Assembly: GCA_005776735.1 (NCBI GenBank)
Contig: SXOM01000167.1
Coordinates: 1 to 32,064, forward strand
From: Pseudomonadota bacterium
Lineage (GTDB): Bacteria; Myxococcota_A; UBA796; SXON01
Direction: 5' to 3'
DNA length: 32,064 nucleotides
The translations under genes and the position numbers were made by a program. Each line of letters begins with the position of its first letter. Position 1 is the first letter of the stretch. Below are positions 1 to 9,029 of the stretch, piece after piece. The notes beneath the pieces are model-generated. The model searched no databases. It was given only the letters and a program-made list of their open reading frames with translations, and was not told where the DNA came from.

Positions 1-4
1 CGGC

Positions 5-49
5 GGCGCCGGGCGGGGTCGGCCGCCTTCGGGACGGTCGCGCGGCGCC
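5..49. repeat. REP-like palindromic intergenic repeat, copy 1
   Basis: ggcgccgggcggggt...gccttcgggacggtcgcgcggcgcc is nearly identical to 30159-30202; GGCGCC at both ends and an internal ccTTCGgg hairpin. Confidence 0.75.
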
Positions 50-67
50 GCCCAGGGTGGGGCTCGG

Positions 68-1639
68 CTACAGCCCGAGCGGCGTGGGCCGGTAGTCGAA
101 CGCGGCCGCGGGGACCGGCACGCCGAAGGTGCGGAGCTGGGCGGCTCGCGTGACCACCGCGGCGCCTTCCAGCAGGTTCAGCGCGATCTGGCCCACCGTG
201 CGGGCCGCGGGTGCCTCGAGGAACGAGCCGCGCGCCCAGTCGTTGAACGCGCCCATCGCCGGGCCGCACCACACCTGGTAGTCGAGGACCCGGTCGGGGT
301 CGCCGTCGATGGCCCACCGGCTCGCTTTGCCCAGGTACCACCGGAACACCAGCGCCATCCGGTGCTTGGGCTCCTTCCGGGCGCGCTCGAGCTGCGCGGG
401 GTCGCGGGCGGCGAAGAACGCCTCGGTCTGCGCCCACACCGCGTCGAGCGGCGCACGGAAGACTTCGCGTTCCAGACGCTGGCGGTCGGCGGGGGGCAAG
501 GACTCGAGGCTGTCGTGGCGCAGGTACAGGTCACGCAACGACTGGCCGCGGGCGGCGAACATCGTGCCGCGGCGGAGCACCTGCACCTGCACGCCCATCT
601 CGAACATGTCGGCGGCCGGCGCCATCGCGACGTCGGCGAGCTGCGCCTTGGCGAGCAGCTCGCGCGCGGCCGGCGCGATGCCCGACTCGACCGCCGCCTG
701 GTTGACGGAGCCGGTCATCACGTACGCGGCGCCCATCCCGAAGGCCGCCGCCACGCTCGCTGGCGTGCCGATGCCGCCGGCGGCGCCGACGCGCGGAACG
801 GTGGTGTACCCCCGCTCGCGCGCGATGTGCTGCGCGAGGTCGCGGATGACCGGGAACGTGGCCACCAGGGGGCGGTTGTCGGTGTGGCCGCCCGAGTCGG
901 CCTCGACGGTGATGTCCTCGGCGACCGCGACCGTGCGGGCCAAGGCCGCTTCGGCGGCGGTGAGCTTGCCGTCGCGGACCAGGCCGTCGAGGAGCGCGGC
1001 GGGCGCGGGCTCGAGGAACTGGCGGGCGACCTCGGCGCGGCTGACCTTGGCCACCACGCGGTGCTTGCGCACCACCCGGCCGTCGGCGCCGCGCGTGAGC
1101 CCCGCGGCCGCATAGCGCACCACCGACGCCGTGATGCGCATGAAGGCGCTGGCTTCGACGGTTCGCACGCCGCGGGCGACGAGCAGATCGGCGACCTCGG
1201 CCTCGACGCGCGGCTCCTGCGGGGAGTGGATGAGGTTGACGCCGAACGGGGCGTCGCCGAGCTCGGCCTGGAGCCGATCCACCGCCTTGGCGACACGCTC
1301 CGGCATCAGGCCGGCCGCGCCGAAGAAGCCGAGGCAACCGGCGCGCGACGCGGCCACGACCACCTCGACCGTGGCGATCCCGTTGGCCATCGCGCCGGTG
1401 CAGTACGCGAAGCGGGTGCCGTGGGCCTCGCAGAACGCGCGGTCGCCGAGCCACTCCGGGTACAGCGGCGGCAGGGCGCCGAGCCAGTCGACCCCCGCGT
1501 CGACGCCGGGCGCGGCGGGTGCGACGCCGATGCGGCCCGCGGCGGGCGGGCGCTCGCGCACGACGTGGAGGGGCTCGCGGACGCGGGCGCACGCGGCCGC
1601 GATCTCGTCGGGGGTGAAGGCGCAGGGGAGGGGATTCAC
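68..1639 (-). CDS. pfaD: PfaD-family PUFA/polyketide synthase trans-acting enoyl reductase (FMN-dependent)
   Basis: 523 aa; motifs YPEWLGD..F, GAMANGI, GFFGAAGL, FGVNLIHSP, VEASAFM, AEDITVEADSGGHTDNRP, GAAGGIGTP, APAADMFEMG, DYQVWCGPAMGAFN. Confidence 0.93.
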   Translation of the reverse strand: MNPLPCAFTPDEIAAACARVREPLHVVRERPPAAGRIGVAPAAPGVDAGVDWLGALPPLYPEWLGDRAFCEAHGTRFAYCTGAMANGIATVEVVVAASRAGCLGFFGAAGLMPERVAKAVDRLQAELGDAPFGVNLIHSPQEPRVEAEVADLLVARGVRTVEASAFMRITASVVRYAAAGLTRGADGRVVRKHRVVAKVSRAEVARQFLEPAPAALLDGLVRDGKLTAAEAALARTVAVAEDITVEADSGGHTDNRPLVATFPVIRDLAQHIARERGYTTVPRVGAAGGIGTPASVAAAFGMGAAYVMTGSVNQAAVESGIAPAARELLAKAQLADVAMAPAADMFEMGVQVQVLRRGTMFAARGQSLRDLYLRHDSLESLPPADRQRLEREVFRAPLDAVWAQTEAFFAARDPAQLERARKEPKHRMALVFRWYLGKASRWAIDGDPDRVLDYQVWCGPAMGAFNDWARGSFLEAPAARTVGQIALNLLEGAAVVTRAAQLRTFGVPVPAAAFDYRPTPLGL

Positions 1640-1673
1640 GCGCCGCCGATTAGTGCCCCGGGCCGCTCCGCGC

Positions 1674-1679
1674 TACGAT
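1674..1679 (+). promoter_or_regulatory. -10 element of a probable leaderless transcript
   Basis: TACGAT followed by exactly 6 nt and then the GTG at 1686; no SD sequence. Confidence 0.55.
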
Positions 1680-1685
1680 CCGCCG

Positions 1686-2606
1686 GTGTTGATCGCCCTG
1701 TTCGCGTCCGCCCTCGCCGTGCCGGTGGCCGAGTGCCCCCGGCCGTTCACCTCCGCCGAGCTCTTGGCCGCGGCGGATGCGGCCGAGCGGCGCTTCGAAG
1801 AGCAGGACCCCGAAGGGTTCGACGCCGCGAGTCGCGAAGTGCAGGCACGACTCGGCTGCGTGGCCGATCCGCTCTCGGCACTCGACGTGGTGCGGGTGCA
1901 GCGGGTCATGGCGCTCGGTGCATTTTTTGCGCAGAACGACGCGCGGATGCGCGCCGCGGTCGCGGCGATGGTGCAGGTCGACATCACCGCACGTTTCCCC
2001 GAAAATGTGATTCCCAGTGGGCACAAGCTCGACAAGCTGGTCGACGAGCTGGCCGGCCTGCCCCACTCCGAGGGCACGCCGCTGCGCAGCTTCCCCGACG
2101 GCTGGATCGAGGTCAACGGGGCCTATGCGCCCACCGTCGCGGCCGACGTGTCGGCCACGCTCCAGCGGCTCGACAACCAGGGGAAGGTGGTGGAAACCCG
2201 GTACTGGACCCCGGGCGACGATCTCGGGGATTGGGTGTCTGCAACCGGGCAGACTACCGATGTTCCGCCGCCGCCGCAGGCGCGAAAGCGGCCCCCGGTC
2301 AAGCTCCCCGGCAAGGCGACGCCGGGGGCCACCACGCCCGGAAAGCTCACGACCGGGGCCCAGATCGCGAAGGAGAACGCGACCGCGCGCCACACCGCGC
2401 TCATCGCCTCCAGCGGCACCGCGCTCGTCGCGACCGGCGTCGTGTACGCCCTCGCCGCCGATGCCAAGAGCAGGGCGTTGGACCCCCAGGTTCCCGAGGT
2501 CGAAGCGATGGCGTGGCGCGACCAGGCCAACGGCCTCACCTGGGGGTGGATCGCGGGCTCGGTGGTGAGCGGCGGCTTGATGACCACGCTCGTGGTCACC
2601 TGGTAG
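1686..2606 (+). CDS. Hypothetical exported/membrane protein (short signal peptide, Pro-rich linker, two C-terminal hydrophobic segments)
   Basis: 3' part of ORF 1131..2606; GTG start gives MLIALFASALA-VP; coding-like composition; the upstream part of the ORF is antisense to pfaD. Confidence 0.75.
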   Translation: MLIALFASALAVPVAECPRPFTSAELLAAADAAERRFEEQDPEGFDAASREVQARLGCVADPLSALDVVRVQRVMALGAFFAQNDARMRAAVAAMVQVDITARFPENVIPSGHKLDKLVDELAGLPHSEGTPLRSFPDGWIEVNGAYAPTVAADVSATLQRLDNQGKVVETRYWTPGDDLGDWVSATGQTTDVPPPPQARKRPPVKLPGKATPGATTPGKLTTGAQIAKENATARHTALIASSGTALVATGVVYALAADAKSRALDPQVPEVEAMAWRDQANGLTWGWIAGSVVSGGLMTTLVVTW

Positions 2607-2692
2607 CGGGGGGGCCGGCCCGGCGCGACGGCGGGGCGTCCGCCGGCTATAAAGGAGACACCCGCGCGTCCGACTCCAACGTCGAGGTCTCC

Positions 2693-5600
2693 ATGCTCCG
2701 TACCCGTCTCGTGGCCCCCGGCCTGCTCCTCCTCCTCGCCGCCTGCGCCGAGGCGCCGGTCGGGGACACCTCGCTGGACTCCGCACGCCCGGGTGTCGAC
2801 ACCGCCGGTGCCGCCAAGGTGATCGTCTCCAGCGCCGACGGCGACGGCGACGGCTACGACTCGAGCGTCGACTGCGACGACACCAACGCGAGCATCAACC
2901 CCGGGGCGGCGGAGTCCGACAACCTCACCGACGACGACTGCGACGGGTATGTCGACGAAGACTTCGTCGCGGCGGGCGACGTCCTCATCACCGAGGTCAA
3001 CAAGCGCTCGTTCGTGGGCGGCACGCTGGTGCAGTACAACGCGTCCTGGGTCGAGGTGTACAACAACAGCACGCGCACCGTCGACATGTCGAACTGGACC
3101 ATCGCGCGCGGCCACAGCACCGGGCAGCAGGTCGCGCTCGATCCCGCGTCGGCGCCGATCCTCGCCCCTGGCGACTACGCGGTCTTCTGCGACACCAACG
3201 ACTACGAGGGCAGCGCGGCCGCCTACCCGCTCACCTGCGACTACTACTGGGGCGACGAGTCCCAGGCGGCCACCTACCAGGGCGCGTACCACAACAACGT
3301 CTGGTACATGCGCAAGGACTCCGACGCCTTCGCGCTCTACGTCAATGGCAACCGCAGCACCGGCACGTTGGTCGACAAGGTCGACTACTACTACGACGCC
3401 ACCAGCGGCTACTGGCCGTACCAGGTGCGGTTCTCGATGTCGCTCGACCCGGCGTACTACGACGCCACGCTCAACGACAACGTCGGCGCGTGGTGCACCA
3501 CCAACGAAAACGCCTCCAACCTCGGCGTGCCGAGCACCACCTACCGCTGGTACGACGTCTCCGGCTCGGCCTACGACGAGTACGGCACCCCGGGCGCCGA
3601 AGGCACCGACTGCCAGAACGACCCCGACCTCGACGGCGACAGCTACAGCGGCGCCACCGACTGTGACGACGGCGACGCCGCGATCAACCCCGGCGCCACC
3701 GAGGTGTGCGACGGGGTCGACAACGACTGCGACGGGAACGTCGACAACGCGGGCGGCTACCTCGACGCCGACCTCGACGGCTACGGCGATCCCGCGTCGC
3801 CGGGCGGCTGCTCGGGGTCGGGCACCTACGTCACCAACAGCGACGACTGCGACGACACCAACGCCGCGGTGAGCCCCGCCGAGGTCGAAGCCGACAACCT
3901 GGTCGACGACGACTGTGACGGCTGGGTCGACGAAGACTTCGTCGCCGCCGGCGACCTCGTCATCAACGAGATCAACAAGCGCACGCTCAACGGCGGCACG
4001 GCGCTGGACAACGACGGGAGCTGGGTCGAGGTCTACAACACCTCGGCGCGCTCGGTGAGCCTCGCCAACTGGGTCTTCGCCCGCGGCACGAGCTCCTCGG
4101 GCAACCAGATCTACGTCGACCCGGACACGGCGCCGGTGGTGGCGGCGGGCGGGTACGCGCTGTTGTGCGACTCCAACGACTTCGAAGGGAGCGCGGTCAC
4201 CTACCCGTTGGCCTGCGACTACTACTGGGGCGACGAGAGCCAGGCCGCCACCTACGTGGGCACCTACCACGACAACACGTTCTACATCCGTCGCGACGCC
4301 GACACGCTCGCGCTGTACATCGGTGGCGACCGGACCACGGGCACGCTGATGGACAGCGTGGTGTACGCGTCGGGGTGGCCGAGCAAGGCCCGCTGGTCGA
4401 TCGGGCTCGACCCCGACACGCAGGACACCACGAGCAACGACAGCTCCGCGTCGTGGTGCAACACCAACCTCGGCGTCGAGAGCGACAGCTACCGGTGGTG
4501 GGACAGCTCGGGCACCACGCACGACGAGTACGGCACGCCCGGGGCCGCCAACTACGACTGCGCCACCGACCTCGACGGCGACGGCTACGACACCACCACC
4601 GACTGCGACGACACCGACAACACGATCAACCCCGGCGCGACCGAGGTGTGCGACGGCGTCGACAACGACTGCGACACCCTCATCGACGAGGGCCTGGGCG
4701 GCACGACCTACTACGCCGACGCCGACGCCGACACCTACGGCGATCTGGCCACCACCACCACGAGCTGCTCGGGTAGCCCGCCGGTGGGCTACGTCGCCGA
4801 CAGCACCGACTGCGACGACACCGACGCCAGCGTCAACCCCGCGGCCACCGAGGTGTGCGGCGACGGCATCGACCAGGACTGCGTCGACAACAGCGCAGTG
4901 TGCGAGTTCTCCGGCACGCAGGAGATCAAGGCGGCCTACGACTTCCGGGCCTACGGCACCGCCGCGAACATGGCGGTCGGCACCGCGGTGTGCAACAACG
5001 GCGACTACGACGGCGACGGTTACGACGACGTGGTCGTGGGCCAGGGCTTCTACGACGGCACCGCCACCGACATGGGCCGGGTCAACCTGTGGTACGGCCC
5101 GGTCACCACCGCCGACGACCTCACGACCGCCGACTACACCATCGACGGCGACTCCAGCCGCAACAGCGACCAGTTCGGCTCGACCACCCGCTTCGCCGGC
5201 GACGTCGACAACGACGGCAGCGACGACCTGTTCGCGGCCGCGTGGCGTTCGCACGCCGACGACCGCGGCACCGCCTACCTGTTCTACGGCGGCAACGCGT
5301 CGAGCTCGGTCAGCGGCGCCGACGCGAGCTTCAGCATGACCGGCACCACCACCTACGTCGGCTTCGCGCTCGACGGCGGCGACGCCGACGGCGACCTGCA
5401 GTCCGACGTCATCGTGAGCGCGTACGGCTACTCGTCCGGCGCGGGCCTGGTCGCCTACTACGACGCCACCACGATCAGCGGCGCGGAGGACCTGTCCACG
5501 TCGGCGACGGCGCTCTTCACCAGCGCCACCGCGGGCGAGAACCTCGGGTACTCCATCGCCATGGGCGACGTCGACAACGACGGCCTCGCCGACGCCATCC

Positions 5601-6265
5601 TCGGCGCGCCTTCGGCGTCGAGCGCCACCGCCACGGGCGGGGTGTACGTGTACCTCGGCCTCGGCTCGCTCACGGGCACGCTCGCCACGACCGCGGCCGA
5701 CTTCGTGCTCACCGGGGGCACTGCCGCCGATCGGGCCGGTCTCTCGGTCGCGGCGCTCGGCGACCACGACGGCGACGGCGCGGGCGACTTCGCCCTCGGC
5801 GCCGACAAGTCCGACCTCGCGTCGGCCGACGCAGGCGCGGTCTACATCATCACGACCTTGCCCACCGCGTCCAGCACCGCGGCGGCGGCGGCGGAGTCCA
5901 TCCTCACCGGCGAGGTCGCGTCCGACTTCTTCGGCCGCAGCGTGGCGAACGTCGGCGACGAGAACGGCGACGGCACCACCGAGATCATGGTGGGCGCGAC
6001 GGCGTGGGACTACGGCTCGCTCAGCGGCGCGGGCGCGGCCTACCTGTGGTACGGCCCGGTCGCGAGCGGCACCACGAGCGCGTCGACCTACGACGCCCGG
6101 TGGACGGGCGCGAACACCTCCGACGCGGTCGGCTACCAGCTGAGCGGCGGCGGCGACGTCAACAACGACGGCCTCGCGGACTGGATGTCGAGCGCCACGA
6201 GCTGGGACGGCTTCGGCTACCTCAACTCGGGTGGCTCGTGGTTGTACTACGGCCAAGGCCAGTAG
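2693..6265 (+). CDS. Large surface lipoprotein: MopE-like/putative metal-binding DCDD-NPGA-DNDCDG repeats, two lamin-tail-like domains, C-terminal FG-GAP (integrin-alpha-like) propeller
   Basis: ATG 2693 with GAGG upstream; lipobox LLAAC; repeated DCDDT..SINPGA.E.CDG.DNDCD; two GD(V/L).I.E...WVEVYN modules ending YGTPGA; GDxDxDGxxD...G.VY FG-GAP repeats. Confidence 0.88.
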   Translation: MLRTRLVAPGLLLLLAACAEAPVGDTSLDSARPGVDTAGAAKVIVSSADGDGDGYDSSVDCDDTNASINPGAAESDNLTDDDCDGYVDEDFVAAGDVLITEVNKRSFVGGTLVQYNASWVEVYNNSTRTVDMSNWTIARGHSTGQQVALDPASAPILAPGDYAVFCDTNDYEGSAAAYPLTCDYYWGDESQAATYQGAYHNNVWYMRKDSDAFALYVNGNRSTGTLVDKVDYYYDATSGYWPYQVRFSMSLDPAYYDATLNDNVGAWCTTNENASNLGVPSTTYRWYDVSGSAYDEYGTPGAEGTDCQNDPDLDGDSYSGATDCDDGDAAINPGATEVCDGVDNDCDGNVDNAGGYLDADLDGYGDPASPGGCSGSGTYVTNSDDCDDTNAAVSPAEVEADNLVDDDCDGWVDEDFVAAGDLVINEINKRTLNGGTALDNDGSWVEVYNTSARSVSLANWVFARGTSSSGNQIYVDPDTAPVVAAGGYALLCDSNDFEGSAVTYPLACDYYWGDESQAATYVGTYHDNTFYIRRDADTLALYIGGDRTTGTLMDSVVYASGWPSKARWSIGLDPDTQDTTSNDSSASWCNTNLGVESDSYRWWDSSGTTHDEYGTPGAANYDCATDLDGDGYDTTTDCDDTDNTINPGATEVCDGVDNDCDTLIDEGLGGTTYYADADADTYGDLATTTTSCSGSPPVGYVADSTDCDDTDASVNPAATEVCGDGIDQDCVDNSAVCEFSGTQEIKAAYDFRAYGTAANMAVGTAVCNNGDYDGDGYDDVVVGQGFYDGTATDMGRVNLWYGPVTTADDLTTADYTIDGDSSRNSDQFGSTTRFAGDVDNDGSDDLFAAAWRSHADDRGTAYLFYGGNASSSVSGADASFSMTGTTTYVGFALDGGDADGDLQSDVIVSAYGYSSGAGLVAYYDATTISGAEDLSTSATALFTSATAGENLGYSIAMGDVDNDGLADAILGAPSASSATATGGVYVYLGLGSLTGTLATTAADFVLTGGTAADRAGLSVAALGDHDGDGAGDFALGADKSDLASADAGAVYIITTLPTASSTAAAAAESILTGEVASDFFGRSVANVGDENGDGTTEIMVGATAWDYGSLSGAGAAYLWYGPVASGTTSASTYDARWTGANTSDAVGYQLSGGGDVNNDGLADWMSSATSWDGFGYLNSGGSWLYYGQGQ

Positions 6266-6612
6266 TGCCGGGGGGGCCGGCCGACATCGACGCGGCCCTC
6301 GCGGCGGCGACGCCCGAGGCCGCGGCGGTCCTGGCCGAGATTCGTCGCCGGGTCAAGGCGGCGGTTCCCGACGCGGCGGAGTGCATCGGCTACCAGATGC
6401 CCGCCTTCCGTCTCAAGCGCATTTTCTTCTACTTCGCGGCGTTCAAGAAGCACATCGGCGTATATCCCCCGCTTCGGGGCGACGCGGCGCTGGGGGCGGA
6501 GTGTGCGCCGTACCGGAACGAGAAGGGAAACCTCGCGTTCCCGCTCGACCGGCCGATCCCCTACGACCTGATCCAGCGGGTCGCGGTCGCCCTGGCCGCC
6601 GAAGCCGGGTAG
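6265..6612 (+). CDS. DUF1801 / YdhG-like protein
   Basis: 3' end of ORF 4855..6612; GTG overlaps upstream TAG; IRRRVKAAVPDAAECIGYQMPAF...FAAFKKHIGVYP...KGNLAFPLDRPIPYDLI. Confidence 0.85.
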   Translation: MPGGPADIDAALAAATPEAAAVLAEIRRRVKAAVPDAAECIGYQMPAFRLKRIFFYFAAFKKHIGVYPPLRGDAALGAECAPYRNEKGNLAFPLDRPIPYDLIQRVAVALAAEAG

Positions 6613-6619
6613 CCGCGGT

Positions 6620-7459
6620 TCAGTCCGCTTCGTCGGGGAACCCCGCCGGTACGCGCACGTCCCGGATGTCGGTGGCGCCGGTGAGCGCCATCACGAGGCG
6701 GTCCACCCCGACGGCGATGCCGGCGCTGCGGGGGAATCGGTCCGACGCGTCGATCACCCCCACGTCGGTCGGGTGCGGCGCTCGCCCGCGCGCCGCGCGG
6801 GCCGCGGCGCTCGCGTCGAACCGGCGCGCGAGCTCGGGGCCGTCGCCGAGCTCGGAGAAGCCGTTGGCGAGCTCCAGGCCCCCCAGGTACAGCTCCAGGC
6901 GTTCGGCGACGGACCCACGCACTTCGGCCAGCGCGGCGTGCCGCGCCGGAAAGTCGAGCACCCAGGTCGGCGCGACCAGCGTCGGGTCGATCTGGTCGAC
7001 CCAGCGACGGTAGAAGGTGTCGTCGTCTTCGGGCACGTGCCCGCCGAACAACTCCGCCACGGTGGCCTGGTGGAAGTGTGGCCGCGCGACGCCCAACGCC
7101 TCGGCGGCGGCGTGCACCAGCCGCTCCACCACCGGGATCAGGTCCAGGTAGTTGGCATTGTGCAGGTACAACTCCAACATCGTGAACTCGCGGGCGTGGT
7201 GGCGCCCGCGCTCTTCGGCGCGGAAGACCGGCGTGATCGCGTAGATGCGCGGCAGGCCCGCGGCGAGCACCCGCTTCAGCGCGAACTCCGGCGAGGTGTG
7301 GAGCCACCCCTCCGCGCACGGCACGGCCTCGAGGTTCTCCTCGAGCGCGGGACCGGGCACGAGCACCGGCGGCTCGACCAGGACGAAGCCCTCCGCCCAG
7401 AGCGTCGTGTGCAACGCGCGTAGCACCGCCGCGCGTGCGCGCAGCAGGCCGACGTTCAC
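6620..7459 (-). CDS. epmA: EF-P lysine (beta-lysyl) aminoacylase EpmA/GenX/PoxA
   Basis: Class II aaRS catalytic core with no anticodon domain: LHTSPEFALKRVLAAG, FRAEE.GRHH..EFTMLE.Y, ERLELY..GLELANGFSEL, GIAVGVDRL; directly downstream of efp. Confidence 0.92.
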   Translation of the reverse strand: MNVGLLRARAAVLRALHTTLWAEGFVLVEPPVLVPGPALEENLEAVPCAEGWLHTSPEFALKRVLAAGLPRIYAITPVFRAEERGRHHAREFTMLELYLHNANYLDLIPVVERLVHAAAEALGVARPHFHQATVAELFGGHVPEDDDTFYRRWVDQIDPTLVAPTWVLDFPARHAALAEVRGSVAERLELYLGGLELANGFSELGDGPELARRFDASAAARAARGRAPHPTDVGVIDASDRFPRSAGIAVGVDRLVMALTGATDIRDVRVPAGFPDEAD

Positions 7460-7480
7460 CGGGGTGGCCCGGGCTGCAGG

Positions 7481-8044
7481 CTAGAGGCGCGAGACGTAGG
7501 AGCCACCCTCGCGGGTGTCGACCTTGAGCAGGTCGCCTTCCTTGACGAAGATGGGCACCTGGATCTCGGCGCCGCACTCGAGCTTGCAGAGCTTGGTGAT
7601 GTTGTTGGACGTGTTGCCCTTCACGGCCGGCTCGGTGAACTGCACCTTGCTCTCGATGAAGTTCGGGAGGGTGACGTTGACCGCGCGGCCCTTGTAGAAC
7701 AGCACGTTGACCTCGAGGTTCTCCATCAGGAACTTCGCGTCGTCGCCGAGCACGGTGCCCTGGATCTCGACCTGCTCGTAGGTCTCGGTGTTCATGAAGG
7801 TGTACACACCCTGCTGCTCGTAGAGGAACTGCATCGGCTGCTCCTCCACATCCGCCTCGTCGAGGATCTCGCCGGTGCGGTAGGTGCGCTCGATCACGGC
7901 GCCGGTGAGCAGGTTCTTGAGCTTGGTGCGCGTGAACGCAGTGCCCTTGCCCGGCTTCACGAACTGGAAGTAGACGATGGTATAGGGAGCGCCTTCGGTC
8001 TCGACCTTGAGGCCGTTCCGGAAGTCCGAGGTTTCGTACGCCAT
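7481..8044 (-). CDS. efp: Translation elongation factor P
   Basis: 187 aa; VKPGKG loop carrying the modified Lys, FMNTETYEQ, TEPAVKGNT, VPIFVKEGD..KVDTR.G.YVSR. Confidence 0.98.
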   Translation of the reverse strand: MAYETSDFRNGLKVETEGAPYTIVYFQFVKPGKGTAFTRTKLKNLLTGAVIERTYRTGEILDEADVEEQPMQFLYEQQGVYTFMNTETYEQVEIQGTVLGDDAKFLMENLEVNVLFYKGRAVNVTLPNFIESKVQFTEPAVKGNTSNNITKLCKLECGAEIQVPIFVKEGDLLKVDTREGGSYVSRL

Positions 8045-8084
8045 GAGTGCACCAGGGAGGCCGCGGGGCTATCACGCGGGGGCC

Positions 8085-9017
8085 GTGTTGGGTAGGCCGG
8101 AAGCGGAGGAGCGCTTCGTGTGGCTGCGATCGCAGCCGTGGGAGGCGGTGGCGGCCCGGTTCCCGATCCGCCTCCCGCGCGGGTACCTGGGCGACGCGAC
8201 GGCCCCCGACGATCCACGGCTCCTCACCGCGCTGCCCGACGCCGCCGAGCTCGTCGACGATCCCGGAGACGTCCCCGACCCGGTGGGTGAGCAGGCGCGC
8301 TCGCCGCTGCCGTGGGTGGTCCGCAAACACGAGGACCGGGTGCTCTTGTTGTTGACCAAGCGGTGCCACCTGTACTGTCGCTACTGCTTCCGGCGCGACC
8401 ACACGCCCGGCGAGAAGGAGGACCCGACGCCCGAAGAGTGGGCGGCGGCGCTGGCCTATACGCGGGGCTCCGGCGCGCGCGAGGTGATCTTCTCCGGGGG
8501 CGACCCGCTGGCGGTGCCCGACGCGCGGCTGTGCGAAGCGATCGATGCGGTGCGGCCGGAGGTCCCGGTGGTGCGCATCCACACCCGCGCGCCCATCACC
8601 TTCCCGCAGCGGGTCACGCCGCGGCTGGTGTCGGAGCTGCGGGCGCGCGCTCCGGTGTGGGTGCTCGTCCACGCCAACCACGCGCTCGAGCTCACCCCGC
8701 CGGTGCGCGAGGCGCTCGCGCGCCTGGTCGACGCGGGCGTGCCGGTGCTCAACCAGGCGGTCCTCTTGCGCGGGGTCAACGACGACGTCGAGGCCCAGGT
8801 GCAGCTCTGCGAGGCGCTCGTCGCGCTGCGGGTGTTCCCGTACTACCTGCACCACCCCGATGCGGCCCCCGGCAACGCCGCGTTCCGGCTGAGCCTGGAG
8901 CGCGGGCGGGAGATCCACGAGGGCATGCGTCGCCGCTTGTCGGGGATCGCCCTGCCCACCTACGTGATCGACCCGCCGGACGGGAGCGGGAAACGGTCCA
9001 TCGGCCCCGCGGTCTGA
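8085..9017 (+). CDS. epmB: KamA-family radical SAM lysine 2,3-aminomutase, EF-P beta-lysylation protein EpmB
   Basis: CHLYCRYCFRR cluster motif, EVIFSGGDPL, RIHTR, HANH, NQAVLLRGVNDD, PYYLH, PTYVID..G.GK; divergent from efp. Start uncertain (GTG 8085 chosen; in-frame ATG 8043 overlaps the efp start). Confidence 0.88.
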   Translation: MLGRPEAEERFVWLRSQPWEAVAARFPIRLPRGYLGDATAPDDPRLLTALPDAAELVDDPGDVPDPVGEQARSPLPWVVRKHEDRVLLLLTKRCHLYCRYCFRRDHTPGEKEDPTPEEWAAALAYTRGSGAREVIFSGGDPLAVPDARLCEAIDAVRPEVPVVRIHTRAPITFPQRVTPRLVSELRARAPVWVLVHANHALELTPPVREALARLVDAGVPVLNQAVLLRGVNDDVEAQVQLCEALVALRVFPYYLHHPDAAPGNAAFRLSLERGREIHEGMRRRLSGIALPTYVIDPPDGSGKRSIGPAV

Positions 9018-9023
9018 TAACGT
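9015..9023 (+). promoter_or_regulatory. Extended -10 element (TGnTAACGT) overlapping the epmB stop; probable leaderless promoter
   Basis: TGA-TAACGT-ggcggc-ATG(9030). Confidence 0.55.
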
Positions 9024-9029
9024 GGCGGC

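Noticed and set aside
362-2692. N-terminal 777 codons of the 1967-aa ORF 362..6265
   Set aside because: Antisense to pfaD and out of frame over the 1686 gene; Arg/Gly-rich shadow sequence. SD and lipobox place the real start at 2693.
2123-6256. Very long antisense or alternate-frame ORFs (also 6561..10010-, 14293..16794-, 23957..26326-, 11762..13801+, 13314..15923+)
   Set aside because: Stop-poor shadows of real genes, expected at this GC content and codon bias; no family motifs.
8042-8045. efp and epmB sharing overlapping ATGs in the palindrome CATG
   Set aside because: The extra residues (MSAPGRPRGYHAGA) look non-conserved; a downstream GTG/TTG start (8085/8088) is more plausible, though not proven.
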